A DNA stretch of 64,000 nt from the human T2T-CHM13v2.0 reference genome, Homo sapiens: NCBI RefSeq assembly GCF_009914755.1, contig NC_060930.1. One strand, given 5' to 3'. The position numbers and the translations under genes are program-made. Below the pieces are notes generated by a model. That model made no database searches. It was given only the letters and a program-made list of their open reading frames with translations, and had not been told where the DNA came from. This document shows, piece by piece, positions 44,275 through 57,494 of the stretch (the first letter of the stretch is position 1; the number at the start of each line of letters is the position of its first letter).

Positions 44275-45243
44275 CTGGAGTCTATGATCTTATCAAAGAT
44301 ACTCTTCCTTTATGTTATTGTTTTTCTCTCCAACATTTGCATTTAGTTTCTTTTAATAATATTCATGTCTCTGCTGAAATTTTTCATCTGATCTTGCATT
44401 TTATTCACCTTTTCCACTAGAAACTTTAAGACATTAATTATAGTTATCTTACAGTACCTATCAAATAGTTCCAACATGATTGTGTTATTTGAGTCTGGCT
44501 TTGTTGATTGCTTTGTCTTTTGGAATTTTTTGTCCATTTGTTTGCCTTTTAAAATTTTAATGACTCATTTTATTGTTACTTCTTTTAGAAGATGAACATT
44601 CCCGTGTAGAAACAGATAAATATACTTTGTATTAAAAATGGGTGCTCTTTTTCTTCTACTATTCCTTCAGTGTGTGGAATTTGGATTAATATAATTGGAA
44701 ATTTGGCGGAGTTTGAGAATTTTTATTGTTTTGTTTACTCTCAGTACATCAGAGGTATCTAAACTAAATGGTAGCTATTTAGTTTAGATACTAAATGCAG
44801 GAGGCTGGGAGTACTCTTGGCTTGCCTCTCTTGGCATGGATACATTACAACATGAACTTGGGCAAGAGTGATCAGGATCCCTGTAGTTGTAGCATTTGAT
44901 GGCCAAGGTAGGGCTTCCATTCCATAAGTAGAAACTGGGTGAAAGAGAGGACTAAACTTTCCCAGGACTTAGACTCAACAACAGGATGTGGGGAAAGGAT
45001 AAGAGATGCTACTGTCCTGCTCTTCCTAGGAAGAAAGCCCTTCACATGAGTACTGGGAGGACAGGCAACCCTGTATTTTTGGATATAGCATTCTGGAGTG
45101 GAGTCTCTGCCTTGTGGGACTGGGAGTGAGGAGCAATGAAGCTGTCTTTGTTCACACAGTCTCTTATCTTTCTTACCAAAATCTCATAGACATTCTTGAG
45201 TAGATATTTGCCCTTAGGACCACTTCCAGAGGCATTAAATGGT

Positions 45244-45269
45244 TGTGTGTGTGTGTGTGTGTATGTATG
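45244..45269. repeat. (TG)n microsatellite
   Basis: Directly visible. Confidence 0.85.
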
Positions 45270-47179
45270 TTTTATGCTTTCTACCAGCTTCACTAGGGAG
45301 TTAGTCATTGTAGCTCCCTAACGCTGTTATACCAGGAGTTGATACCCCCAGAAGTTCTTCTTGGGCTGGTCATAATTCCTGATATGAGTATTTTGACTTA
45401 CTGTCAGAAAATCAGTGTTCTGGCTGTTAACATTCTGGGATCTGAGAGGAAGAAGACAAAAAAGATTGTTGTCGTCATTTAAAATTGTCAGCATTCCAAA
45501 TGTAAACATTCATGAACTACCCTTCTTTCAATGTGACACTTCCGTCTCCAACCGTCGCAGAGACTCTCTGTTTTGCTGTCACCCATACACAGTGTTTTCT
45601 TAGTTGTGTGGGATTTGGAAAAGGTTTTGAACAAGTTCTTAAAAGCATTTTCAAAAAATACAACTTTTATCTCTGAAATTCACTTTTAATTCCCAAGGCA
45701 CTTGAGCCCACTAATTTGTGTGTTTTTATGGGGTGGGGAGTATTCATTTACAGTGTAAATTAGATGACTTTTTAGCTTTTCCCAAGGCCAGTTTTTATTT
45801 TCCTTCCTGGCTCTGTTATTTCAGTTGCAACTCATAAACTTGTGTTCCAGGTTTCAAAACTAGGTTCTTTCTGTTTTTATAGATTGATGGCTTAAAATAT
45901 ATACTTCTTGTTATTTTAGAGGTTTTGGGAAATATATATATGTTTTAAGCCCATAATCTTTAATATAAAATCTATAATTTATTTAGCTGCTGTCACTGTG
46001 CTTATTTTTAAATTTAATCAAATAAAATAACAAACATAAAATAGACATAAAGTTGTTAAAAACATTATTAAAACTGTATAAAAATATGATTTACTTTTCT
46101 CTTCAAACTGCATTATTTTCTTGATGGACATCTATATTTTGTTTATATAAATTAAACACTTTCTGTTTAGTTAAACATGGAAAACAAATTAAAGGGCCAA
46201 TTTTTAAAAATATTAATCTTATTTAAAATTTGAAAATACTTAAAATTTATTGCAATTTATTTGCTCCTTTTTTGGAATTTAACTCTAATTATTGGAAACT
46301 AGGACTGCTATACTATGCAGTGGATTCTGTTATTTTAATTATCATATCACATAAATAACTAATTTTGCGTGTAAATTTTGGGCAGCTCACTTTGTGAGCT
46401 GTATCATATTTAAAAACTTATGAGAAATAGATCAAAGCCCTGATTTTTACAACTGTATATAAATGATTCTATCCTGGGAAATTAAATAAAAATAAAGTAT
46501 TCCCCAAATATCTGACAGTAATTGAATCAAATACACCAAACCTTAAATCCAATCTTTAAAATAGATGAACCTCTTTCTCACTGCAAAAGAGAGCTAAACA
46601 ATGGACCACTCAGCCTCCTTCTTCTCCAAAGGAATGCAGGCACTAATGAGAAAATTCAATGGCACACACTTTATCAATAGTTTCAACATCTAATTTTTTT
46701 CTGTATTTCTTTTTGGCAAGGGACAATTACCAGAAAATAATAGTTTTCGGACATTTTTCAAAGCCTTTAGTTAATTAACTTAGACTTCTCCATTTGGAAT
46801 TCAATTGTAGTCATTACAAGTGGTGCCCACTACTCATGAAAAACAGACTGATTAAAAGATGAGCTATCTGCTGTAATATAAAAATGGCCTGCACGTTGCA
46901 TATCTAGTAATTTTTCCATTCCTTTGAATTACCAATATCACTGGAAGATCTTCTTATAGGACACTGAAAATGCTCTTTCCATGTCTTCTAATATCATCAC
47001 AGGAGTTTTCATTTTCTTCTTTGCAATTGTACAGTTGCTTCACGGAAGGTCATCATCTTCAGTTGAAATGCCATACTCAAAGAAGACTTTCCACAAGATC
47101 ATGAAGAAACATCTAAAAAAGAATGGCAGCACTCAGACCGTGTGTTTCAAGGTCCACGCTAGCACAGATTAATGAACCC

Positions 47180-47380
47180 TAGAATTACATAATAAAAGAG
47201 AGAGATCCTCAGAGATACCCTGATTTTCGTCTTTTATTTGATGAGAAAGGAGTTGAAAGCCCAGGTAGTTAAGTGCACTTTCTGACGTCACTCAGCCTGT
47301 CTGTAAAAAGGTGTTCCAAATTATTGCCTGGTCTCTGTCCTCTCAACATACAGCTTTTCAAAAGCCATATTCTATGATTC
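47180..47380 (-). mobile_element. MIR-like fragment
   Basis: GATGAGAAAGGAGTTGAAAGCCCAGG...GTTAAGTG...GTCACTCAGC. Confidence 0.45.
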
Positions 47381-48293
47381 TCAACAGATTAGAAATCTGT
47401 TGAGACTTGCCAAATCTGTATGACTTGCCAAAAATAGGAACAGGTGAAAATATTCTAAAAATGCTCTCATTAATAAAGTTAATTAACTATAATGCTCTGG
47501 ACCTTCAGAGTTTTAAAGCTAGAAAACTGCTTTTTAAAAAAATTTCTGAGCAGTTTCTGCCTTCTGGTTCATAGATTGGCATTTTACTTTAAGGAGGAGA
47601 GTCTTTTTGTTCTGCAAAGTCTGGATTGGTCCCTTTTGGCTGTGACAATTTAAGGATGTTAAATTTGTTAGGAGCCTGATGCTTATAAACTATCAGGGCA
47701 TAGGGTAAGTGGACCTCCAGCCCAGTGTTCTTATTTCCTTTCACATACTTGGGAGCAATGAGCTCTTGTAGGGTCAGAGTGATGGTGACAGTGATGTCAT
47801 CCACTTGTGGTTAAAAGTTGTCGGGACATGTCTGAGGGCCCTAGAGGAAAGACGCCCTAAGGGAAAGTGGAGTCTGAATTTGGACTTCCATCTCAGGCAA
47901 GTAGAAACTGGATCTTTGCACTTCTGTCTTGCTGGTGCCGGACCCCAGGTTTTTCAGCCACCTCTTTGTGGTGTTTGGACATGTCCCAGAGAAAATGCTG
48001 TATGCAAGTGTGCTGAAGTCGCCTGTGAGCACCAAACATGGTGGAACTGATTCCTGTCGCTTTGCTGTGGGGTGCTCTTGACCGAACATGAACTTGAAAG
48101 GAACATGATCTACTGAGTGAACGGTCAGCATCTGCAGCAGTGGTCAAAGAACAGGGAGGTCTTGTCAGCAAGACCCATTAGCTGGCCAGACCCTGTCTAA
48201 GGAAAACACAGGACATCATGGCTCTCCTGGCACCAGAGCCCACAGTCAGCGTCCTGAGAGTGCTAGAAGTGATTGAGGAAGCCAGCGCTGGGC

Positions 48294-48308
48294 TTGCTGA
48301 GTCAGCAA
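48294..48308. promoter_or_regulatory. Perfect T-MARE (Maf recognition element) TTGCTGAGTCAGCAA
   Basis: Exact 13-bp TGCTGAGTCAGCA at 48295-48307 in apparently unique, GC-richer DNA; function untested. Confidence 0.45.
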
Positions 48309-49074
48309 TGTAGGAGTTCTCCACCAGCCCACTTCACTGAGAGCCTTCAATTGGTGCTTAAAAATGAATTCTTGAACACATAGAGGCAGTCCTTGGAATT
48401 TCAGGGAGGAGAAGCCCAGAAAAGAAAAAAAAAATTGGCTTCTAGTTCATTTATAAGATGGAAACTATTATCAGAATATGTTGTGTTTTCAGAAAGAAGT
48501 GACTGTTTCTTTTTTCCCCCTGGCTGGATGAAGCCTGGGATGCATGTTCTGCAGCACAATGCAACTTCTTTCATCATAGCTTTTCCATGGCAGCATTACC
48601 ACAGCAAGCGCACATGCTTCCCCAGAGTACATGAAACACTGTGTGCTTTGGCACTGATAGCTGTAAAACCTGGAAATTTGGAAGAAATTGGAAAACAAAA
48701 CAATTACTGAGCACCTGCCTCATGCTAGTTATTGTTCTGTGTGCGTGGGACACGAGTGCAGGAGAGACAGCAGAGCCCCGTGGTGGAGTAGATTGCGGTT
48801 TTTCCTCATCCACATTGGCTGTCCTTCCCTAGGGACGAACCATCCGTTTCCCTTCAGTCTCTTCAGGGAGTGGTTCATGTGACCTTTGATCCATGGCATC
48901 TGAAGTCACAGTAGCGTATGTCAAGATTGAGCCCCCACTAGCCTGGATCTCAGAGTGACTTTGATGAGCAAAGTCTCCCTGTTTGATTCCTGCAGGAAAA
49001 GGAACCCTGAGTAGGGAGCTGCTGAGATGTCCGTGCTAGTCTGCACAGCCGCTCTGGGCTGATACACTCCCAAA

Positions 49075-49480
49075 GCAGAGATGACATTTTAGTTAGAACA
49101 GACACAACAAGTAAGAAAAGTAAAAGGCAGATATGAATTTAAAAGAAGCAGATCAAGGTAAGGGGCTTAGGAATGAGACAGGAGGGGAGAGGAGAGTACA
49201 ATTTCAAATAAAGTGACAACTATGGTAGATCTCTGTGAGGAAGTCACATTCAAGAAAAACAGTATTTCTTTTAGGCTTTAAATTGAACTTTTGTTTTCCC
49301 TCCAAAATTGTTGTTAACAACATCACATTTCAGTACACTAGGTAGTCTATATGTTTTCTTATATTTGGCTATTCTTTTCATCCTAGTCAAACACACATTG
49401 AACATTTTTAACTACTCTGAAGGTGCAAGACACTGGTGATACCACGATGGATGAGACAGACAGGAATTCTGGGCTCATAG
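49075..49480 (-). mobile_element. L2 fragments
   Basis: CTCTGTGAGGAAGTCACATT and GTGCAAGACACTGGTGATAC...GATGAGACAGAC. Confidence 0.5.
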
Positions 49481-51539
49481 CTTAGGATCGGTTGCTGGTA
49501 CAGCTTCCTTCATGGGGGCTTCCCCCAGCAGGCTGGCTGGGTCCTGTTTCTAATCTCTACTCTCTTAAGGAGGCGCTTCTGGCAGGCTATGTCCTCATCG
49601 GCATCTGGTTCTCAGGAATTAATTTTTGATTGCATAAAACCATCCCATAGTGGCTACACAGCCTTTGTCTGGTCTTGCTCTAGCGCCGGTGCACCTGGGT
49701 ACAGGACCCACTTTGTCTTTTGGTTCTATCTCAATCAGCCAAATATTTCAAACCAGGTCTTTGACATCTGCTCTGCAATTAGTGACTGCTCACTTTCATA
49801 TTCATAGCTAACTTAGCCTACCCCAAACTATATGGAAATAGCATTCCATTCTTCCAGAACTAAACTTCATTCTTATTTCAAGTATGCACTCAGCTTGGTG
49901 GCTGGAGCATAATTTTGATTCGGTCCCTTTTCTTGGGGTTTTGTCTAATCTCTGGAGACTGAAGGAGTCGTTTTCCTGTTTCCCAGGCACACTGGGACCC
50001 CAGGAATCACCCAGGGATCTTCCAGGCTTGATCACTTAGTCATGGGCTACAAACACAGCTATCTTCCGGACAGGGAGAGAGAGAGGCCGAGACAACGTGT
50101 GAGAAAGTAGGAGCAGGTAAGAATGAGTTGTGGAGGGGTCAGAGTCACCTGGGAAGTACAGACTGAAGGGATTGAAATCCAACATTTCTATAAACCCTAC
50201 TGGTTACATAAAACATCCCCTCAGACTAGATTTGTACCAGGGACTGAAGCCAGGCATGCTGGGACCTTGTGACAACGGAGCCATTTCTACTCTGGGGTCT
50301 TGCCACGAGTTCAGACTCTACTTGAGGAAGGGCCCCCGGTTCCCTCTGTTGTGGGATTTTTTGCCTGCTCCAGGGCTTCCCTCACTGCCCTCCCTCCCCC
50401 CAGCGTGGGCAGGAGCACCAGGTGCTGAGCCCGTTTCTCAGGGTATGCAGCGTCCACAGATTTCTCACATCCCCCTTCCCAGTCCGGAGGACCCCATGCC
50501 ATTTCTCTTGTGTGTCTGTGACTCCGGCCACCAGGAGCGGGGCAGCCTTGCTCTGAGCTGCACACCTGCTCCTAAGGCCTGCCTCTGCAGCCCCAAACCT
50601 GAGCTCCAGTCGCATCTCCATTATGTGCTCTGCGTTTTTCTCTGCATCTTCCTTCTCCCAAGGAAATGAATGTAGAATCCCCAACCCCAGTTTTTACAAA
50701 TTGTAAGACAAGCATCACAGGTGATACTGAGTGGCTTTAGGAGGAATTCAGGCTCCATGCATTAAATGGTGTTGAATCACATTGTGATAAAGTGATTCGC
50801 TTTTTAATTCTCTATCACTCCTGATTAGGCCAAAGAGAAATATTCTGCTAGGAAACCCACGCTCATCAAATCACCCGAGTACACTCACTATCTCTCTCTT
50901 TAACATAGAGTAGGGGCACAGACTCAGACTTTCACTGAGAATAGTATTTAGGTACAAATTAATAGCCTCCTTTTAAAAATTTCATGTAGTTTGTGCTTAC
51001 CTTCTACTTAAAACAGAGTGAGATGCACCTTCCCTTTTAGTTTTGTGTTGTTAAGTTTCCTTTTGAAATAATTTTTCATGAAATAAATGAATTAAGAGAA
51101 AAAAAGAAAGCAATGAAAGCATGCAGGTTCTTCACTGAGATGGTGAAAATCAAGTAGGAGGGGAGGAAGTAACTAAAGTTTATGAAATATTGCCTTGTCT
51201 GCCTGCCTTGGGAAGGGAATTGGTACAAGGAAATTCAGGAGACCACCATTAACATTTCCAAATAGCTTCTTTCTATGGGAATGAAAGCAAATTTTCTTTC
51301 TTTGGAAAGAAAATATTTCAAATTGTTTGTTAAGACTTTTTCAAAAAATCCATTCTTGCCGTTCAAAAATACTTCTACTTGTCCTTTGCCAGGTCCCATC
51401 CAATTACTTTCAGAGACTTAACATTTGCTTCAAATGCACCTCATGAACTCACTCATAATCCACTTCTAACCCACTCCTTCATCATTGAGAAAGCCAACCA
51501 GGTCAGACATGGGCTCCCCAAACCTGAAATTCAGCTGTC

Positions 51540-51734
51540 CCATCTTATGAGTAAGTACATCTAAGTGAGAGTGCCCTGCGGGCATTTGGATGTATGATCT
51601 GGAACTAAGTTATTACCATAAAGGCATAATTAACATCACCTTGGTCATGGAGGGCGTGGTGAAAGGGAACAGTGAAGGAAAGAAGATGAAACCCTATAGT
51701 AAAAAAAAATAGTATGAAGGGACAGCTGAAGGCT
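51540..51734 (-). repeat. Inverted copy of 52299-52492
   Basis: About 194 bp with about 16 substitutions and 2 indels (about 91%); 564-bp spacer. Confidence 0.95.
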
Positions 51735-51740
51735 GGGTTA

Positions 51741-51789
51741 ATGAAATATTGCCTTGGCTGCCTGCCTTGGGAAGGGAGGTGGTACAAGG
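51741..51789 (+). repeat. Direct copy of 51182-51230
   Basis: 49 bp, 3 mismatches. Confidence 0.92.
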
Positions 51790-51999
51790 TTTTAGACAAA
51801 AGGAAAGGGAAAGGATCCTTTTCCTCCATTATTTTGATTCCATTTTTGCCAAAACATTGTTTCATGAACTATTCTCTTTTTAGTTGAGATCCTCATCCTT
51901 TCTTGGTCTCCTGGCTATTTTCCAGCAGCCAAGAATGAAAACACCTCTTCAGATCGCTATTGTCCTTGGTGGCTGTGGGGATCTCTGGTGGTGGTCACC

Positions 52000-53500
52000 C
52001 CCAAAGGATAATGACCAGTTTCCCCACTGTCCTGCTCGGTCAAACATCTTAGAAGATTGGTTTGCATCTACTCTCTCCCCTTGCTGCAACCGGGATTCCC
52101 TCCTCCCCTCCCTCCACTGAAATTCCTTTTTCTAGAGCCACCTGTGATCTCCTAATTGCCAGTTGAATGCACGTTTTTATTTCTCCCTTCTTGATCTCAT
52201 TGATTTTCTGTTCTTCTGGCGCTGGTTGCGCCCCTTCTTTCTCACATCTGCTGCTCCATGCTATCCTGCTCCCACTTTCTCCTCATCCCTTCCATGGAAG
52301 CCTTCAGCTGTCTCTTCATACTATTTTTTTACCATAGGGTTTTATCTTCTTTCTTTCACTGTTCCCTTTCACCATGCCCTCCAAGATCAAGGTGATATTA
52401 ATTATGCCTTTATGGTAATTACTTAGTTTCAGATCATACATCCAAATGCCCATGGAGCACACTCACTTAGATGTACTTACTCGTAAGCATGGCAAACACA
52501 ACATATTTAAATAGGTCTCTCCATCATTCCCTTTATGCCAGATTCTTCTAACCCATTTCTTATTTACTTTGATCACACTGGAACCCTCAATATCTGCAGC
52601 AAAAAACTGAGAGAATTTTTGTTCAGGAAGCACGGGGGATGGGACAATCTCCAGTCTCTTCCTCCAGTAAAAACATCAAACTCCTCCCTCTAAGAGTAGT
52701 TTTTGTTTTTAAATAACGATAAGGTGGTTGCCCTCTTTCTTGTTACGTTTTAGACATGATTTCCTTCACACATTAACACAGCATCATTTACATTGAACCA
52801 GATATTACATTCTGTGACTATAATATTTCCCCAATGTATTCTCCTTTTCCCATGCTTATTGTCACCCTTCCTAGCTCAGTCACAAATAGTCTTTCTCCTA
52901 ACTGCATTAATAGAGTCTGACCCAGTCTTCTCTTCCATCCTCCTTTGTACACACCCTTCACATACAAACAGCAACATAGGGCCCTCCATTCTGCTGCTCC
53001 CTGATGCTAGAAGCATTATTTACTCACAGGACGAAGCCTAAACCCCAGGTACAACACAGAAGATGCCACGACTCATCTCTTCCTTCCATGCCAGCCTCAT
53101 ATTTTGAGACTCTCTGGTTTACCAATATGCTTCCCAATACCATACTGGTTTTCGATCCCTGCATCCCTGTCCCCACCACTGTCATCATCGGCATTTCCCT
53201 CCACTGCCCCAATAACTTTTCCTCCTTTTTGAAAAATAAACTTGGCTATTACTCCTCCAATAACACTCCCCCAACCCCAGCACAACAGCCCCCAGCAGGC
53301 AGGGCTCGCAATCTTTGAGGTCCCATTGGATCTTGTGCCTAGTTTCATCAGAGCACTCCTGCACGCTGTGGAAAATCACCTGTGTACACTCCTGTTTCCC
53401 CATCAGACTGTGTCCTCCTCAAGGAGAAGTACTCTTTTATCCTGAGTCCTTAGCGAGGTGTTTCATACATGCTAGGCGCTCAATAACTTCATAAATATTC
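52000..53500 (+). mobile_element. L2 remnant (RT region to 3' end)
   Basis: CCACTGAAA...GATCTCCTAATTGCCA, ATCCAAATGCC...ACTTAGATG, 3' tail TAGGCGCTCAATAA. Confidence 0.65.
52624..52753 (+). repeat. Direct copy of 55154-55279 lying inside the L2
   Basis: About 130 bp at about 92% identity, 2.5 kb apart. Confidence 0.93.
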
Positions 53501-53639
53501 CTTCACACCATTGTATCATTTGATAACAATGAGGCATTGTTACATAATTAGGGATGTTGAGATAATATTTCTCAGAATTGTTAATAATATTAACATACTA
53601 ATAAGGCCCTATGGCCACTGTCATAATTATTCCAGTCTG

Positions 53640-53753
53640 TGACTGTGCAAACCCAGCCAGGGTGTGAAGGAATGGGCGTGGCTGTGTGGTACACCAAACT
53701 GTATCCCGGCCAGGAGCTGGATTTGGCCCACAGGCCATAGTTTACAAACTCCC
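53640..53753 (+). mobile_element. MER58-like hAT MITE 3' part
   Basis: GAATGGGCGTGGCTGTGT...CTGGATTTGGCCCACAGGCCATAGTTT. Confidence 0.65.
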
Positions 53754-56700
53754 CATTTAGTAGATCACAAGGTACAAATATGAATCCCTGCTTCGCTTTA
53801 TTGAGGTATAATTGACAAATAAAGTTTGTACATATTTAAGATGTGCAATATAATGTTTTGGTGAGTTAGACTTTTTGAAAGAGAAATTCATATGTTTCTT
53901 TTTTTGTTGACTTAACATAAGCTAGCATCTTATTTTTCATTTTTTCAAATTGGTTAACTTCTGTATTTTGGAAATAAGGTTACATGCTCTTTTAGTATAG
54001 TTCTAGACAGAACTATGAGTTTAAGCGATTACTATAAAGATCACTGTCTTTTGTTTTAAGGGCAATCACAAACTGGAACTCATTAAAAATGAATAAAAAT
54101 TAAAGTCATGTATGTTAGGAAAATACAATTCCAGTTTTGACTGATAATCATTTTTCCTCTGGGAACCTAATGGCTGCAAAGGAAATGAGAGATAAGCAAA
54201 TTCCAATATTTTCATAACTTGGAAAAGCAAATACTTCACATGGATCAACTGCTACTAAATTTAATAAGAAACATCCAGTAACCCTCCCTGTTAATTTAGT
54301 AGAACATCACCTTCCACAAATAAACACTAAGTCTGTTCTGTGTGTTTTTTTCCTGCTTACTTTGCCATGAAAAGGGAAAGAAAACAATAATAATAGTTCA
54401 AAAAACTTTAATCTCTAGACATGCCACCCTATTCTGCTACTTATATGTATCGTTTTTCATTTAATGTCTTTTCTGTTTTCCTTTCTGTCTGAGAAAAGAT
54501 TGTTTACCTGCCAAACTCTGGGATTGGAGACCTGTGCTTCTTCAACTATTTCACAGAATATATGTGATAAGACACAGCACTTTTCCAGATCAAAAAGCAG
54601 CCTATGGGGACTTTTCTATAGAGTGTTAGAGGCCACTTAATAACTCTTCTTAGAGCAGCCCTCACACACTGTCTTCAAATAATTTCCTTTCATTTTTCCA
54701 AGAAGATACCATCTACGACATTTCTTTTTCCATGTGCAGTGTTTAGAGGCATTGTGCATGTTGTTCACCATCAATGACCTTCCAATTAGAATTTGTCACT
54801 CTCTTTCCCCTGGAATCTGCCGGTTTAAGAATATCTTCTTTCTCAAGAGTGAAAGTCTCATGCCGACAGACAATAGAGCCGCACAACATGCATTTTTGTT
54901 CCTCTCCGAGCCTGGACATTTAAGTCATCTATTTTTTCCTGTCTCTAGGGCTTTTTTTTCCTTCCTAATCTGCTAACAATAACTATATTCATATTTTCTC
55001 TAGTATGTGCTGCAATATCTTTCCCCTCAAAGTTTCGAGACCTTGAACAAAGATCAATTTATTAAATTAATCCACATGAGGAAAAGAGGACAGAGAATTA
55101 CCATGTCACTCATATGACTAAATATAAAAATGTTTGATGTTTATCAGAGGGGACAGGAAGCATGGGGGATGGGACAATCCCAGTCTCTTCCTCTGGTAAA
55201 AACATCAAACTGCTCCCTCTAATAGTAGTTTTTGTTTTTAAATAGTAAGATGCTTGCCCTCTTTCTTGTTACGTTTTAGGCTAGGGAATCAGGGAAAAAA
55301 CCTCTTTAATTCCCAGAAATACACTATTTAATAAAAATTTCCCATAGGCCCTAATATTTTCCTTTTGGATCCCATTTTAGAGGCAAGTTTTTGTTCAAAT
55401 CATCTTTCATAAATTAAGGAAAGAAATAAACTAGGAATATGTGTTACAAAAGTGTAAGTCACATTTTTGCTCTTTTCAATATGGTTTCTTTAACATGTGA
55501 CTTACCTTTTTAATTTCCCTTTCACTGACTTCTCTAGTCTACCTTAAAAGGTAACTTTAAAAATATTTGTCTGACCCTAATATTTCTTAATTTTTTGCTG
55601 TTGTTTCTCTGAGTGAAGCAAGATACAGAAGTTGGTTGTGACACAGAATAGCTCACCTGATTACAATTATCATTTCTTTTAACTTTTCGACAATGTCTTT
55701 ATGAAGATTAAAATGTCAAATCAGATGCAAATTTTAGTGGTATAGCTGACTGACTTAGTGAACTTACTATGTACTTCATAAGGATGAAATATAAAATAAG
55801 TTTACAAGATTCTTGGACATAAACTCTTGAAAATTCTAGGGGCACAGTAGGAAGAGGCAGGATGCAGTGATGATTTCAACGTCTCTGAGGCAGTGAGTCA
55901 AATTACATTTGTTGATGAAGAGATAAACAGGTAAGACTGTTTATGTGGGTAAAATGCTTACTCTCAGGAGAGAAGATGGATTTCTGAAAGCTTTCCCTAC
56001 TTTCTTTTTATGTTACTGTGAGTTCGATATGTGGAGAATATTACTGTAAATGTGAGAAATTTTGCACATTTTTAGACAAGAGTAACAAGTGCAACTCCTT
56101 TTTATTACAGAATTATTAGATCAAAATACGGGGAACTTGGATTGTGTTATAGGAAATATACAAGTCAATTTTAAGTTGAATTCATGCTAAAATCAAGAAA
56201 TGTGCAAAATAGTCTAATCCAGTGTCAATGTTTAAAATATAAAGGTATTAACATCAAATTGGGAAAATACACTATGAGAAAAAAGCTATTATAAATTTTC
56301 CATTTTACCTGGAAAGCTGATATCTTCATACATTTTAAAAAATAGCCCTACATTCATCTGGAAAATACATTATTCAGTTTGCACAAAGAGTGTCTGACAC
56401 AGTATTCAGCAAATAGTAAGCCCTTCATAAGTGTTTGTGGATTGAATGGACAGAACACTTTGTGGATTTAAATCATCACCTCTCTCCTCACCAAATTAAA
56501 TCTTAGCTAACAACAGCACCCCCTGGCTCAGCAGCTGGAATTCATCCTTTGGGGAGAGTGGCATCAAGAAGCAAAGTGGAGGGACCCTTCAGAAGTGCGC
56601 TCCAAGTGCCAAAGCAACATTGCAAGGTGAAGGGCTGCAAATCCTTAGTGTGTGCTTTCCAGGAGGTGCCATTCTATAGCTGAAGTGGCATCCCTCTCCT

Positions 56701-57494
56701 AGTGCTAATTTTCTGGATCTCTAGTCTTTCACATTATGATTGATCCGATATAAACACATTTCTATAGCTAGATTGCTTGAAACTTGCTCAAGTTTGACCT
56801 GTGACCTTCATTTATGAAAAATGGATATGCTTGAGTGCTCTGCACTGACACTGAGCATGTTCAATTAATGCTTACATTATAAAGAATGTGCAAACAACAC
56901 AAATGGAAATTAAATCCTTTTCACTATCTGTCTGCATCTGAGCATTCATAAATTGAAATAAGTGTGAAAGAGCTGTCCTCAATCAATTTCAGCTCCAGTC
57001 CCTGACCCGATTATGCTATGCGTATCAATATATGTTCCCTTAATTAAATGTGGTTCAGCGAGCATTAATGGTATTTAAAAAAGAGAGAGAATTGGAGCCT
57101 CCTATTACTACCCATCATGTTGTTGGGAAAAACAATAGAGAGATTGATGAAAAGGATCATTGGCAGAAGGAAAGATGTTGTATACATTATCATAATTATC
57201 TCCTATGCTGAGTGATTTCAAAGCAAGACACTAAGGGTGTCACTATTTTTTCCTCAGCAATCTCTTGCAAGTTCTAACGATTACAGGAAGAGGCAGAGTA
57301 GCTACATCAATTTCAGAAATTCAGTACTGTTCTTGGTATTCCCACTATTCACTGCTTATTTTGACACTGCTACAAACATTTTCAAGCCTTTACTGACACT
57401 CCAGTTAGGCAATTCAAGCAAGTTACTTCATAAGTTTCAGCTTTATTCCTGAAAAAAATTTTAAAAATGTTCTCTCAGTGTGGTTTTTAAAAAA

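Noticed and set aside
46519-46529. Isolated DUX4-like site TAATTGAATCA
   Set aside because: A single degenerate 11-mer in AT-rich DNA is plausible by chance.
46981-47172. Lys-rich 63-aa ORF or coding exon
   Set aside because: No recognisable homology, weak donor site and no partner exons.
47750-48350. Processed pseudogene in the GC-richer segment
   Set aside because: Translations resemble no protein I recognise; no poly(A) tail or TSD.
50130-50669. Longest ORF (179 aa) as a protein-coding gene
   Set aside because: Non-ATG start, Pro/Leu/Ser-rich with no recognisable domain, and overlapping ORFs on the other strand; expected by chance in GC-richer DNA.
55867-55888. C box GTGATGA and D box CTGA as a snoRNA
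   Set aside because: The boxes are only about 11 nt apart, far too short.
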